Source: Candidatus Cloacimonadota bacterium (GTDB taxonomy: Bacteria > Cloacimonadota > Cloacimonadia > Cloacimonadales > Cloacimonadaceae). From it: a stretch of 64,000 nucleotides of DNA. Both the position numbers and the translations under genes were made by a program. Below the pieces are notes generated by a model that worked only from the letters and a program-made list of their open reading frames with translations, did no database searches and was not told the origin of the DNA. Positions within the stretch are counted from its first letter, which is position 1. Each line of letters starts with the position of its first letter. The stretch covers positions 26,214 to 90,213 of the forward strand of contig JAJBAY010000001.1 of the NCBI GenBank assembly GCA_020532515.1, in the 5' to 3' direction. Positions 8,007 through 16,940 of the stretch are shown piece by piece.

Positions 8007-10289
8007 ATGGCGCAGGATCAGGAAACTTACAGATTTCCACTTCCTAATCTGGGAAAAGCTGAAATTCAGATCTTTCCAGAACAAAGAGGTTCGCTATCGC
8101 TGATCTCAAGTGCTGATGCTCAAGAATGGGGAGAATCTGAAATCCAGCTAATTGAAGGCTGTTCGTATGAATACAGCCTGGATGATTACATTTTGGATGA
8201 TGCCTTCGGAGTGGTTAAAAAATCGAGTATTAATCCATGTCAGGGACGTATTCAACCAAAAAACTATGTAGGCACTATCAGCATTCGTGTGCTATCACAA
8301 GCTAATCATCAGGTCTGTGGTGAACTCAAGCTGGAAGTACGATCTATCAAGCTCAGCTACAGAGATCATTATCGGCAGATGCTTTCTGATATCGCCGATT
8401 CTTGTAACGAATTGATTATGCAAGCCAATTCCCCTCTGGTGCAAAACATCGAACCTCTTTTTTCGGGAGATGCAAAAACCCTTTATCAACGCTTTGCTTT
8501 TCTAAAATCGGTAATCGATGCGGAAGAATTTACACAAGCTGTTCAAAAAATCATCAGTGCTCCGGTTACGAATTGGAAAAATGAGGAAACACAGAAAGAT
8601 AGTCGAAGCGTAAGAAGGTTTTCCAGAAGCCAGGTTCGGCAATTATGTTCTGTGGGAAATTCTATCATGGTGCCAGAAGCACACCCTTTGCATTATGTTT
8701 TAGAGCGCGTTCCCAGCAAGCTTAACTGCATGACAAAAAGCTCTACAGTGGACACTCCTGAGAATAGATTTATCAAACACGCTCTTAATACCTTCCTTTC
8801 CATCTGCACTGAAGTGAGTATGAAAGCAAAACCACACACCCGGCTCAGAAACGAAGCTACACAATTAGCCCAAGCCATGGAAAAGTATCTTAACAATCCC
8901 ATTTTTCGAGAGATAGCTCAACCAAGAATCATACCGTTAAACAGCCCGATATTGCAGAGGAAGGAGGGTTATCGTGAAGTCTTTCGCGTATGGTTGATGT
9001 ATGATCTGGCCTCTCGAATCACCTGGGATGGTGGTGAGGATGTGTATTCTGGCGGGAAAAAAAATGTGGCAGTCTTGTATGAATACTGGGTCTATTTCCG
9101 TTTGTTGGATATGATCACGCAGGTCTTCAAAGTAAAGTCCGAAGATATTCAACATTTGCTGAGCAGTTCACAGGATGGCCTGAACTTGAGTCTGAAGCAG
9201 GGTAAATGTGTAGCAGTGAAAGGCCTTTATGAAACACCAACCCGAACTCTCAACGTAGAATTTAGCTACAACAGAACTTTTTCTGGCAATCAAGATTATC
9301 CTAAAGCCGGAAGCTGGACCAATAGCTTCAGGCCGGATTATACCTTGAGTGTATGGCCTTATGGCATCAGTCAAAATATTGCCGAGATTGAAGAGACTAT
9401 AGTCCATATTCATTTCGATGCTAAGTACCGGGTGAAAGACGTCTTTGATATTTTGGGAGTGGACAGTAATGATGGGCTAGCATTGGCCACTGCAGCCAAA
9501 GATCAGGACCTTTTGAAAATGCACGCTTACAGGGATGCAATACGCAGAACTGCCGGAGCTTATGTGATATACCCCGGAGATACTATCCTCAATAAGCGCG
9601 GATTTCATGAGGTTATCCCTGGCTTGGGAGCTTTTACACTCAATCCAGGATTCCGTGATCTTGATGAAGAAGCTATTCGGTCTTTTATGAAGGATGTTGC
9701 AGGCCATCTATTGAATCGCGCAACCCAAAGAGAAAAGATAGCGCTAAAAACTTACGAAGTTTATAAAGATGTCAAATCAAAATCTGTGTATGCTCCAATG
9801 CCAGTGTTGACGGGTGTAAATCGTGGCATGATTCCGGATGAGATCTATGTTCTGGTGGTCTGGTACAAAGACTTTTACCACAAAAGATGGGTTGAACAAA
9901 GCGGCTATTTTAATGTGCGAACAGGCTTGAAAAGAGGATCATTGGCCATTACACCCCAGCTTGCCGGAACTAAATACTTGTTGCTGCACAGCACAAATGA
10001 ATTGAAAAGCGGAAACATATATCGCTTGAAAGATGAAGGCCCCAAGATCTGGAGCAAAGACGATCTAATACAAAGAAGATATCCACATGCGCCAAGTGCT
10101 GATTTTTACCTTGTGTTTAGCTTGGCCGAAAAGAAAGTAAGCCAAGACTTCCAGAACCAAAGTTGGGACATCTCAAAACTGGGCGATTATACAGGATTCA
10201 GGGGCTCTGCCTTCCCATTTGCGGTAAGCATGACAGACTTGATGAAGGTAAGAGTACCTCAAGAAGGAATACCTAACCATGAGCGTTAG
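8007..10289 (+). CDS. McrC-like / DUF2357-type PD-(D/E)xK nuclease subunit with extra C-terminal domain
   Basis: Starts 5 nt after the McrB-like stop. 760 aa. The nuclease motif is RPDYTL ... IHFDAKYR, followed by AYRDAI...YVIYPG. About 220 aa after the nuclease core are unassigned. Confidence 0.75.
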   Translation: MAQDQETYRFPLPNLGKAEIQIFPEQRGSLSLISSADAQEWGESEIQLIEGCSYEYSLDDYILDDAFGVVKKSSINPCQGRIQPKNYVGTISIRVLSQANHQVCGELKLEVRSIKLSYRDHYRQMLSDIADSCNELIMQANSPLVQNIEPLFSGDAKTLYQRFAFLKSVIDAEEFTQAVQKIISAPVTNWKNEETQKDSRSVRRFSRSQVRQLCSVGNSIMVPEAHPLHYVLERVPSKLNCMTKSSTVDTPENRFIKHALNTFLSICTEVSMKAKPHTRLRNEATQLAQAMEKYLNNPIFREIAQPRIIPLNSPILQRKEGYREVFRVWLMYDLASRITWDGGEDVYSGGKKNVAVLYEYWVYFRLLDMITQVFKVKSEDIQHLLSSSQDGLNLSLKQGKCVAVKGLYETPTRTLNVEFSYNRTFSGNQDYPKAGSWTNSFRPDYTLSVWPYGISQNIAEIEETIVHIHFDAKYRVKDVFDILGVDSNDGLALATAAKDQDLLKMHAYRDAIRRTAGAYVIYPGDTILNKRGFHEVIPGLGAFTLNPGFRDLDEEAIRSFMKDVAGHLLNRATQREKIALKTYEVYKDVKSKSVYAPMPVLTGVNRGMIPDEIYVLVVWYKDFYHKRWVEQSGYFNVRTGLKRGSLAITPQLAGTKYLLLHSTNELKSGNIYRLKDEGPKIWSKDDLIQRRYPHAPSADFYLVFSLAEKKVSQDFQNQSWDISKLGDYTGFRGSAFPFAVSMTDLMKVRVPQEGIPNHER

Positions 10290-10624
10290 AAGCAAACCTA
10301 AAAGAAGCACAATGAATAATGCAAATGCAGCTTTATTGAGTGAGGTCTCAAAGGTTGGTGTAAATTCCAGGCATTATTCTTCAGGTTATTTGAGGCCTCA
10401 TTCACGGGACTTTACCAAACACAATATATGATATAGGTTGATTGTTAATATTCAAAGCAGCTAAAATCAAGATATTGCGGACCTCGTTGTGCAGTTAAGG
10501 ACTATTTATTCCTCAAATATGGCCAGCTCTCTTGAGACGAGCTCCTGCAATGCTCTGGCACTGGTTTGGGAAATCTATCCAGCTCTGAAAATCCTTCTGA
10601 TATGGGACAGGCTTGGCATGGTCG

Positions 10625-10656
10625 AAAAAAGGGAGAAGAGCGAACTCTTCTCCCTT
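10625..10656 (-). terminator. rho-independent terminator of the OmpA-family gene
   Basis: On the minus strand, AAGGGAGAAGAG-TTCG-CTCTTCTCCCTT is followed by TTTTTT, about 25 nt after the stop at 10681. Confidence 0.75.
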
Positions 10657-10680
10657 GAATATGGGTTAATTAGTTATTTA

Positions 10681-11817
10681 TTATTCTACTACTTCGAATT
10701 CTATACGGCGGTTCAAGTGGCGACCTTCTGGGGTATCGTTAGTAGCACGAGGCTCTTTTTCGCCTTTGCCTATGGTCCTGATTCTCTTTGCATCAATACC
10801 TTTTCCAACCAGCCAGTTTTTCACTGATGCTGCACGGTTTTCGGACAGGATTTGGTTGCTGGCGTCAGAACCAACGCTGTCGGTATGCCCGATAATAATA
10901 ACATTCACTTCCGGATTGGCAGAAAGAGCAACATAAGCTCTCTCTAAGATAACTGCTGTTTCAGGAGTAATCGCGTATTTTGCAGTATCGAATAAAATGC
11001 CTTCAAATACAAATTTCTTACCTACGGTTAGATCGTCGAAGTCATCTAAAGGAACTTTTACCTCAGGCAGTTTGACAGGTTCAGGAGTGGGAACAGGTTC
11101 AACAACTATCGGTTTTTTTTCAGGTTCGACAAACACAGGTGGCACAGGCTTGGGAACCACAGGTGGAGCAGGTGTGGGGGGTACATAAACTACTGGGGGA
11201 GGTGTTTTAGCAGGTGCTTTGGAAGAGTGGACAAGGCCCACGGTCAAGCCCCAAAAGCCATCCTGTCTGCGGTCGGTAAAACGGTTCATGTCGTCATCTG
11301 CACGGGGTAAACCATCCAAATCGTCTGAATTAAACAGGTGATATCCGCCGGCTACTTCTATAGCCAGTCCATCCTTCAAAGCAGTCTTTACTCCGATACC
11401 AACGGGGAAAACAGGAATGATGTCTTCATTAAAATGCCTAAGCTCTTTGGCACCACCGGTTCCAGCATAGATAAAAGGAGAGAATTTATGTGCATAAAAT
11501 GGTTGGAACAACACTCTGGCATCTGCCATGAAAGTATTGGTGGAATAAGCTGTACGTACATTTACAGGAAGATCGTTATCTCCCGTAGCATGTAATGCGG
11601 TGTATCCAGCACCAATGCGAACTGCAAAAAATTTGAATAAATCAAGCTGAGCATGGACACCTGCCAAGGGGGCCAAATTCTCTGCATCACCGGCATTATC
11701 GCCCCTGGCAACGCCAATCTCATACCCAAAGCTCCATCCGGGACTGGTATATGCTGCACTTGCTATGCCATAGCAGAGGAGCAGCATCATAATCACAATA
11801 ATTGTCTTTGTCTTCAT
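10681..11817 (-). CDS. OmpA-family outer-membrane protein (beta-barrel + Pro-rich linker + OmpA_C)
   Basis: ATG at 11817 gives signal peptide MKTKTIIVIMMLLLCYGIASA. Pro-rich linker PPPVVYVPPTPAPPVVPKPVPP. The C-terminal OmpA motif is IIIGHTDSVGSDASNQILSENRAASV...NRRIEF. Confidence 0.9.
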   Translation of the reverse strand: MKTKTIIVIMMLLLCYGIASAAYTSPGWSFGYEIGVARGDNAGDAENLAPLAGVHAQLDLFKFFAVRIGAGYTALHATGDNDLPVNVRTAYSTNTFMADARVLFQPFYAHKFSPFIYAGTGGAKELRHFNEDIIPVFPVGIGVKTALKDGLAIEVAGGYHLFNSDDLDGLPRADDDMNRFTDRRQDGFWGLTVGLVHSSKAPAKTPPPVVYVPPTPAPPVVPKPVPPVFVEPEKKPIVVEPVPTPEPVKLPEVKVPLDDFDDLTVGKKFVFEGILFDTAKYAITPETAVILERAYVALSANPEVNVIIIGHTDSVGSDASNQILSENRAASVKNWLVGKGIDAKRIRTIGKGEKEPRATNDTPEGRHLNRRIEFEVVE

Positions 11818-12369
11818 CTTAACATCCTTCTTTTCGTTAATTCTTCTGTCATTAGCTATGAGATTATAATCATCTCGAACGCATAACACATATATATCTT
11901 CATAAATCTGATCTGCAATGACATCTTTATCTACTTGATTACTTAATACAGAATGACTGATTTATTGTCAATAACTTTCTTTCGTTCTTTTTATTATTTT
12001 TCAAGTTTTGTTGAATATTGGGCTAATATCAGGCTGTGATGATGAGCTGAAACTCTCTCCAGATCAGGCTTATCCGCCATTTGTGGATAGTTTGCTACAA
12101 AAATATATTTCGCATTTGGCCAGCTCGACAGGATAGCTTTAATTCTTTGCTAAAGACAGTGCAGGCGTAGCTTGAGTGGCATTCGGCCAGGGCGAATAAT
12201 AAATATGCTTGTCCAGTGGTCGCACAGCATAGAAAGAGAAAGTAATTGTGCTCTGTCGGGATGATAGGAAACGAGCCACATTTTGTTGCTTTTCTGGCAG
12301 ATATCACAGTTTAAACTGCTTTGAGATCTCAGCTTTTAAGCCCATATGGAAAAACCCATCAGAATTTTC

Positions 12370-12398
12370 TTGACAAAACTTCAGAATATTATATAGAT
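12370..12398 (+). promoter_or_regulatory. candidate promoter (TTGACA-17 nt-ATAGAT, or TATATA with shorter spacing)
   Basis: TTGACA at 12370-12375 with an AT-rich -10 region at 12390-12398, directly upstream of the seven-gene operon. Confidence 0.35.
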
Positions 12399-12409
12399 GG
12401 AAAGGTCAG

Positions 12410-13342
12410 GTGGAATATATGTATTTTCCTCTCTGGCAAGGGAGAAAGACATTGCTTTTACAGAAGTATTTTGAGACTCGAATGCAGATGATAGACGATG
12501 GCCTGAAGGCAGCGTTAGATTTTGATAAACGACATGCGGGGAAGCTGAAAGAAGCGATGATCAAGGCTGTGATTCCCGGTGGGAAGAGATGGCGTCCCCT
12601 GCTTTTAATCTCGATATTTGAGATGTTGACAGGCATGAAGAAAAATAACAAGCTCATGCCGGATGCAGTTTTTGCAGCCTGTGCAGTGGAGCTAATTCAC
12701 AATGCCGGGCTGATTCATGATGATCTGCCCTCTGTGATGAATGTCAAGGAGCGCCGGGGACAGGCTGCCATTCATCAGGAATATGGGAATGCGATCGCGA
12801 TTTTGGCGGGAGACGCACTATATACGCTTGCCTTTGAGATCATCAGCCAGATCAAGGATCCTGCCATGGCTAATCTTGCCATTCGCAGCCTTGCCGTGAA
12901 TAGCAAGAGTTATGGCTTGATTGGCGGACAGGCAGTGGCCTTGGCCAGCAAGCGCAAGGTGATGAAGATCAATACCCTGCGTTATATAGATATGAAGAAG
13001 GTCGGCTCACTGCTCTTGGCGAGTTCGGAAATTGCGTGCATCCTGGCTTCGGCAGATGAAAATACCCGGCAAATCATGAATGACTATGCGGTGAATCTGG
13101 GTATAGCCTATCAGATGATTGCAGATATAGATAAAGACTATGCCCGTGGCGGCGAAGACCTGGATTTTTCTGATGATTATGTTCCTGCAGCCAAAAGTGG
13201 CTACAGCGGACTCTTGGGGTTTGACAAGGCTCGTAAGCAGGTGGAGAATATGTTGGAAGAATCTTCCCGCAGTCTTGAAGCTTATCCGAATAACGCCGCA
13301 CTCCTGGAGTTCATCCAAATGATCGCTGAAAAAATGCCATAA
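12410..13342 (+). CDS. polyprenyl diphosphate synthase homologue (IspA/GGPPS family) with degenerate Asp-rich motifs
   Basis: Collinear by eye with E. coli IspA (GGKRWRP, LIHDDLP, AILAGDAL, GGQA, KVGSLL, GIAYQ). The ORF-track start is GTG at 12410, and ATG at 12419 is also possible. Confidence 0.8.
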   Translation: MEYMYFPLWQGRKTLLLQKYFETRMQMIDDGLKAALDFDKRHAGKLKEAMIKAVIPGGKRWRPLLLISIFEMLTGMKKNNKLMPDAVFAACAVELIHNAGLIHDDLPSVMNVKERRGQAAIHQEYGNAIAILAGDALYTLAFEIISQIKDPAMANLAIRSLAVNSKSYGLIGGQAVALASKRKVMKINTLRYIDMKKVGSLLLASSEIACILASADENTRQIMNDYAVNLGIAYQMIADIDKDYARGGEDLDFSDDYVPAAKSGYSGLLGFDKARKQVENMLEESSRSLEAYPNNAALLEFIQMIAEKMP

Positions 13343-13344
13343 TA

Positions 13345-14127
13345 ATGATAGACATCCATAGCCACATCTTACCCAATATAGATGATGGCTCTAAATCCAT
13401 AGAACAAAGCCTCAATCAGCTCAAAAGGGCTGAAGAAGGCGGGGTAAGCGAAATATATCTTAGCTCTCACTATTTTCCAGGGCACTATAAGTACACCCGC
13501 CAGGAATATGATGAAAAGCTGAACGCCTTGCGCAAGCTAGCCAAAGTAGCAGGGCTTAAAATAAAGATAACCAGCGGTTTTGAAGTCTTCATCCAGCCCG
13601 GAATCCTGAATGATATCAAACAGCATTCTCTCACTTTGGGAGATAGCCCCTATGTATTGATTGAAAGTGAATTGAATGGCTTGCCGACAGATTTTTATGA
13701 CAATGTATATCCTCTGCTCAGATCTGGATACAAGCCGATCCTGGCACATGCCGAGCGTTATGTAAGCATCATGCACAGACCCAGCAAGGCCCGCGATCTG
13801 ACCGATAAAAATATCTATATTCAATGCAATGCCGGATCTCTTTTGGGCTTACATGGCGAGAAAGTAAGGCAAACAGCCTGGGTTTTGCTCGAGAATGGCT
13901 GGGTGCACTTTTTGGCTTCTGATGACCATGTGAGAGGGGAATATGGGGTTCTCTTGGAGGCCTGCGAGCTAATCAAGAAGAGGATCGATGGGCTTACCGT
14001 AGATTTACTCACTCAGGATTATCCGGCCAGGATAGAAAGCGGCGAGCAGATCCCTTACTCTTATGTAAGGGTAAAGCGCTCTCACCACAAACCCAAAAAG
14101 AGCATCTGGCGGAGGCTCTTTGGCTAA
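13345..14127 (+). CDS. PHP-family tyrosine-protein phosphatase (CpsB/YwqE-like)
   Basis: The N-terminus MIDIHSHILPNIDDGS is typical of CpsB. Later AHAERY and SDDH motifs are present. Confidence 0.8.
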   Translation: MIDIHSHILPNIDDGSKSIEQSLNQLKRAEEGGVSEIYLSSHYFPGHYKYTRQEYDEKLNALRKLAKVAGLKIKITSGFEVFIQPGILNDIKQHSLTLGDSPYVLIESELNGLPTDFYDNVYPLLRSGYKPILAHAERYVSIMHRPSKARDLTDKNIYIQCNAGSLLGLHGEKVRQTAWVLLENGWVHFLASDDHVRGEYGVLLEACELIKKRIDGLTVDLLTQDYPARIESGEQIPYSYVRVKRSHHKPKKSIWRRLFG

Positions 14128-15097
14128 GCTGCTCATTACAGGCATTACCGGCTTTGTGGGCGCTGCTGTACTCCGGGAGATCATCACAGAAGGTCATGAG
14201 ATTACGGCATTGGTGCGGCCAGAGACTGTAGCCAGCAGATATCAGGAATTTGCCGGAAAGATCACGATCAAAGAGCTGAGCCTGAGCGATACCGCTGCCT
14301 TAAGAGATTATCTTCAAGGCTCAGATTTTGAGATCATCATGCATATCGGAGCGCTGAGGGGCGGACGCAAAGCCTCGCAGGAAGAGTATTACCGCAGCAA
14401 TGTCAGCAGCACAGAGCAGATGGTGGACTATTGTCTTAAGACTAAGGCCAGGCTGATCTTCTGCAGTTCAGTGGGCGTGTATGGCGCCATTCCAGAGGAG
14501 CTGCCGGCAAATTATCAAACTAGCAAAAACCCTGACAACTACTACCACTATACCAAAATCGAAGCCGAAAAGATCATCGGTAAGGCCATTTTGCACGGGC
14601 TGCAGGCAGCGATTATCCGTCCCAGCATTACCTATGGCAAAGGTGACAATGGCTTCCCCTATCAATTGGTGAAGATGGTGGCGCGCTACCAGTTTCCCTT
14701 GATTAATAAACGCATTTGGATCCATCTCTGCCATATTGAGGCCTTGGTGATCGCCTTCAAACAGTGTCTGGGCGACAGCTTTGAGACCGGTCTGGTCTGG
14801 AATGTAGCAGATCGGGAGCCGGTTCAGCTCAATGCTCTGGTGAATTTCATCTCACGGCAGTTGCATAACAAGAACTATCCCTCTGCACTAAACATGGACA
14901 GGGTGTTTTTCCGCTTTGGTGAGAAGCTGGCCCGCCTTGCCAGGAATGAGCTTTTCATCAGCCGGTTTGAACTCATTTCCAAAAGCTGGTTTTACGACGT
15001 GCAAAGCTATTATAAGGTTATCGAAGAGCTCGGTCTGAAGCCGCATTACACCATCCCGGATATCCAGATCACGATCAAAGACTATTTGGATAAATAA
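14120..15097 (+). CDS. NAD-dependent epimerase/dehydratase family protein
   Basis: Rossmann motif ITGITGFVG and catalytic YHYTK (YxxxK). The TTG start after GGAGG overlaps the upstream gene by 8 nt. Confidence 0.8.
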   Translation: MAKLLITGITGFVGAAVLREIITEGHEITALVRPETVASRYQEFAGKITIKELSLSDTAALRDYLQGSDFEIIMHIGALRGGRKASQEEYYRSNVSSTEQMVDYCLKTKARLIFCSSVGVYGAIPEELPANYQTSKNPDNYYHYTKIEAEKIIGKAILHGLQAAIIRPSITYGKGDNGFPYQLVKMVARYQFPLINKRIWIHLCHIEALVIAFKQCLGDSFETGLVWNVADREPVQLNALVNFISRQLHNKNYPSALNMDRVFFRFGEKLARLARNELFISRFELISKSWFYDVQSYYKVIEELGLKPHYTIPDIQITIKDYLDK

Positions 15098-15939
15098 TGG
15101 CGATTCCGATCATCAACAGCTGGCAAGATTACTATCCTGTAGCCCATGAAGGTTTGGGCTCATCTTATGAACGCATCATATTAAATAGCCTGCTGCTGCT
15201 TCTGCATAAAACGGGTAAATTCGAAAGCGCCCTGGAAACGCCTTGTTTTGGTTTTACCGGAATATCGGGGATAAACTTGGTGGCTCTGGCGCAAAAAGAC
15301 TGTCAGGTGATGCTGGAAGATCATGACCCCATGCGGGCTGCTTTCATCCGGGGGAGCTGGCAGCAGTTAAAGCTGCCGCTGCAGATCAGGCTCAATCCTG
15401 GTTATACCAAGCTGGATTATGCCGATAAATCAGTGGATTTTGGCTTCAATTTCTCGGCGCTGTGGTTTGTGCAGAATCTGCCGGAATTCATAGCTGAATT
15501 CTGCCGAGTGATTAAAAAGAGTATCCTCATCTCTGTACCCAATCGGGACGGAATCGGCTTCAAGGGGCAGCTAAAAGGTTATAGCCCGGAGAAGTATCCG
15601 GATTTGCATCCCCAGCATATCGATCCCAAGACAATAATATGGCTGATGCGAAAAGAGGGTTGGAACTTGGTGAAGCAGGGCTATATAGATTGCCCGCCCT
15701 GGCCGGATATTGGCATGAGCAAAGAGGACTTTTTCGCTGAGAAGCTGGGAAGAGCCCGCCATAAATCTGATCAGCAGCCCCAGCAGATAGAAAATCCGCT
15801 CTCAATAATGCCATACTATCAGGGTAATGACCCCAGGTTTGCTGATCGTATGCTGCGGCTGTATCCCTTTGAGCTGCTGGCACCCCGTTTTTTTAAACGC
15901 ATTTGGGCGCATCATTATTACATGCTCTTTCAGCCGTGA
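15097..15939 (+). CDS. hypothetical protein, weak class I SAM-methyltransferase-like features
   Basis: TAATG overlap with the epimerase gene. Gly-rich CFGFTGISGINLV and DKSVDFGFNFSALWFV segments resemble MTase motifs I and post-II. The function is tentative. Confidence 0.5.
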   Translation: MAIPIINSWQDYYPVAHEGLGSSYERIILNSLLLLLHKTGKFESALETPCFGFTGISGINLVALAQKDCQVMLEDHDPMRAAFIRGSWQQLKLPLQIRLNPGYTKLDYADKSVDFGFNFSALWFVQNLPEFIAEFCRVIKKSILISVPNRDGIGFKGQLKGYSPEKYPDLHPQHIDPKTIIWLMRKEGWNLVKQGYIDCPPWPDIGMSKEDFFAEKLGRARHKSDQQPQQIENPLSIMPYYQGNDPRFADRMLRLYPFELLAPRFFKRIWAHHYYMLFQP

Positions 15940-16940
15940 ACAAACGTAACCTTTTTATACTCATTTTAGGCACCATCATTGGGGTGGGCCTCATCCTGTT
16001 ATGGCTGCATTACATACCTTTCTCTGAAATCAAGGGCTATTTTGCTCAGCTTTCACCATTGTATGTGATCCTGGCGGCGGTTACCTATCTTGCGGCCTAT
16101 TTCGTGAGGTCTGTGCGCTGGAACATTCTGCTCTCACACAGCGTTCGTATCCCCATCAAAGATACCTGGCTTTATGCCATGGCGGGGAATCTAATCAACT
16201 ATATCATCCCGATCCGGTTGGGAGAGGTCTGCAGAGCTTGGTTTATCAAGCGCAATCATGGGCACAGTATGGCCAGCACCCTGCCTTCGGCGTTTATAGA
16301 TAAGGTTTTTGACACTCTGGCCATAGTTGCGATACTTATCATAGCCCCCTTTTTGGCGATAGCAGTCAGCCCTGGACTCATGGTCTTGCTGGTGCTGCTG
16401 GCTATCGTATTTATTCTTTCAGCGGGGATTTTGCTTTTGGCCGCTTTACATCCGCAAAAGTTTGCGGCTTGGCTCTGTGTGTTGCTCAAGATAGTTCCCC
16501 ATAGATTCAAAGATAGAGTGCAAGTCTTTGTGCAGAACTTGGTCAAAGGGCTCAATCTCTTTGAGCATCATCCGGGCAAGTTACTTTTGGCCACTTTGCT
16601 TACGGCCTTGGGAATCCTGCTGGATGGAGTATATTTTTATCTGATCTTCGTGGCTTTTGGCATTGAATTTAGCTTTCTTTTGGTACTTTTTGGTTATACT
16701 CTGATCAATCTCAGTTACGCTCTGCCACAGCCTCCAGCGCAATTGGGCAGCAATGAATGGATGATGATCATAGTCTTTAGTTTAGGATTTAGTTTGACAA
16801 AGTCCAGTGCCTCGGCGATTATGGCATTCGCACACATACTTACCGCAGTTTTAATGGGTGTGGTGGGGAGTGTAGCTTTTGCCATCTCGGGTTTCGAGGT
16901 GCTGCGCATGATATTTAAAGGAGAAAAAATAGATGGATAA
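15936..16940 (+). CDS. multi-pass membrane protein, UPF0104 / LPG-synthase-TM (flippase-like) family
   Basis: At least 8 hydrophobic segments. GTG at 15936 overlaps the upstream stop (GTGA). The ORF-track start at 15903 is an alternative. Confidence 0.65.
   Translation: MNKRNLFILILGTIIGVGLILLWLHYIPFSEIKGYFAQLSPLYVILAAVTYLAAYFVRSVRWNILLSHSVRIPIKDTWLYAMAGNLINYIIPIRLGEVCRAWFIKRNHGHSMASTLPSAFIDKVFDTLAIVAILIIAPFLAIAVSPGLMVLLVLLAIVFILSAGILLLAALHPQKFAAWLCVLLKIVPHRFKDRVQVFVQNLVKGLNLFEHHPGKLLLATLLTALGILLDGVYFYLIFVAFGIEFSFLLVLFGYTLINLSYALPQPPAQLGSNEWMMIIVFSLGFSLTKSSASAIMAFAHILTAVLMGVVGSVAFAISGFEVLRMIFKGEKIDG

Noticed and set aside
10489-10827. 112-aa plus-strand ORF after the McrC-like gene
   Set aside because: It runs through the ompA terminator hairpin and into the antisense of the OmpA C-terminal domain. 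There is no SD.
12095-12307. 70-aa minus-strand ORF in the long ompA/ispA-like spacer
   Set aside because: Cys-rich and implausible in composition, with no SD and no start context. The interval is kept as an unexplained spacer in the findings.
15903-15935. Upstream extension of the flippase-like gene to the ORF-track start at 15903
   Set aside because: It would overlap the preceding gene by 37 nt. A GTG at 15936 forming a GTGA stop-start overlap fits the coupling pattern seen throughout this operon. This is not excluded, only disfavoured.
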